This document shows, in pieces, positions 62,791 to 64,000 of a DNA stretch of 64,000 nt; position 1 is the first letter of the stretch; every line of letters begins with the position of its first letter. The notes under the pieces are model-generated. The model was not told the DNA's origin. It made no database searches and saw only the letters and a program-made list of their open reading frames with translations. The DNA lies in contig NC_088797.1 in assembly GCF_011386835.1 (NCBI RefSeq), positions 40,858,001 to 40,922,000 on the forward strand, given 5' to 3'. A program made the translations under genes and the position numbers. The stretch comes from Chrysemys picta bellii. Its lineage: Eukaryota.

Positions 62791-64000
62791 GCAGATAGAG
62801 AAGCTACATTGATATACACCAGCTGAGACTCAGGCTCATAATGTAGTTATCTAATATTTAGTAAATATGGTGGAAGGGAAGTGACTGGTATTATACTTGG
62901 GGGCAGGGAGCGGAAGTACGAAAGAATTGTACATTCTGAAACTATACCTAAGATGTACTTTTTAAAAAAAATACAAGTCTTGTTTTGCTTTAGAGATGAC
63001 TGTTATTAGTGACAGAACTTGGAAGTGTCCTACATTTTTCCAGCACATTTGGATAAAAATGAGCATACACTATGTGTAAGCCAACGTCAATGACTAAAAA
63101 TGGAAGATCTTTGAAAGAAACTTAAAACATAATTATAATAGGTATAAAAACTGCAACATACCCAGAAACCACTCTGTCATCCCTAATCTACAGCATCATT
63201 ATGAAGTGCCTACAGCAACACATCATTGTAGTGTACCAACTTGGCCAACCAGTCGGTGGAGGCTGCGAGAAGATATGCATTCCTACAGCCCTCTGTCAGA
63301 AGAAAGAACTATTCTCAAAGGACTGAAATCCTTCAGCCACCCCAGAAAGGGAAGTTTCTCTTACAGAGCAAAAATGCATCACTGGCCTAGAGAAGACACT
63401 GGAAAAGAGTCTCCGGTAAAGGGCCTAATTATTAATCAGAACTAAGATATGATACTGAAAACTCATAAGGTGAAATACTTCCATTATGAGTAAGAGCAGC
63501 AGCAGTGGAGGGAAAGGGGCAGTGCTGGCAGTGAGCTGCATCCCACAGACATTCTGCCAGTACAAGCTCCTACGTGGGCAGTCTCCTACAGTGCCTTACT
63601 GCCCATTTCACAGGTAGCAGCGAGCACCACAAACTACAGCAAATGCATTCGGGAACTGAGGATGTGAACCCATCCTAAAGCCACCAGAACATACCTGCCT
63701 GTGGCAGCGATGTATCAGCCAGGCAGTAGATGCCCCCAAACCTAGCGCTCCTGAGGAAATTATAGTCCTAACCTGTTGCTGCATAAATGGAAAGAGTCCC
63801 TAAAACACAGTCCATTGTTATCATAACAGAGCAACAAAAGATACTGTTTTGCCATAAGGCAAGAACCGGACTTTTGATATTATTAATTACATTATTGTAT
63901 ATATCTACATATACAGCTGCCTAGCTGTTTGTTAACTATTTGAGCACAAAAATGCTGTACATGACCTAAGTGTTGTGAGTCTCTAATGAGCCTTTTCATA

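Overview
Vertebrate genomic DNA, AT-rich and repeat-dense. The repeat families (CR1 LINEs, Penelope-like pLTR fragments, hAT/Tigger/Harbinger-type MITEs, tRNA/CORE-type SINEs) look like a turtle genome; this is an inference from recognised families, not a database result. No host gene could be identified with confidence; only a few candidate exons are noted. The dominant feature is a full-length but decayed Gmr1-type Ty3/Gypsy LTR retrotransposon (19311-~25203, +). Its order is gag(SCAN-like)-PR-INT-RT-RH, it has a tRNA-Ala-like PBS and a PPT, and its two LTRs differ in the copy number of a 49-bp tandem unit (4 vs 8). It is followed by a 5'-truncated CR1 (~25637-27956). Four Penelope-like fragments carry degenerate or partial minimal hammerhead-ribozyme motifs whose stems covary between copies. 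Also present are a perfect 233-bp tandem duplication (10786-11252) and a CpG-rich hAT MITE with an exact 8-bp TSD (50047-50668) that mimics a CpG island. I found no CRISPR array, rRNA or genuine tRNA gene. I found no clearly new system; the best leads are unusual instances of known mobile-element biology. All coordinates and counts were made by eye.
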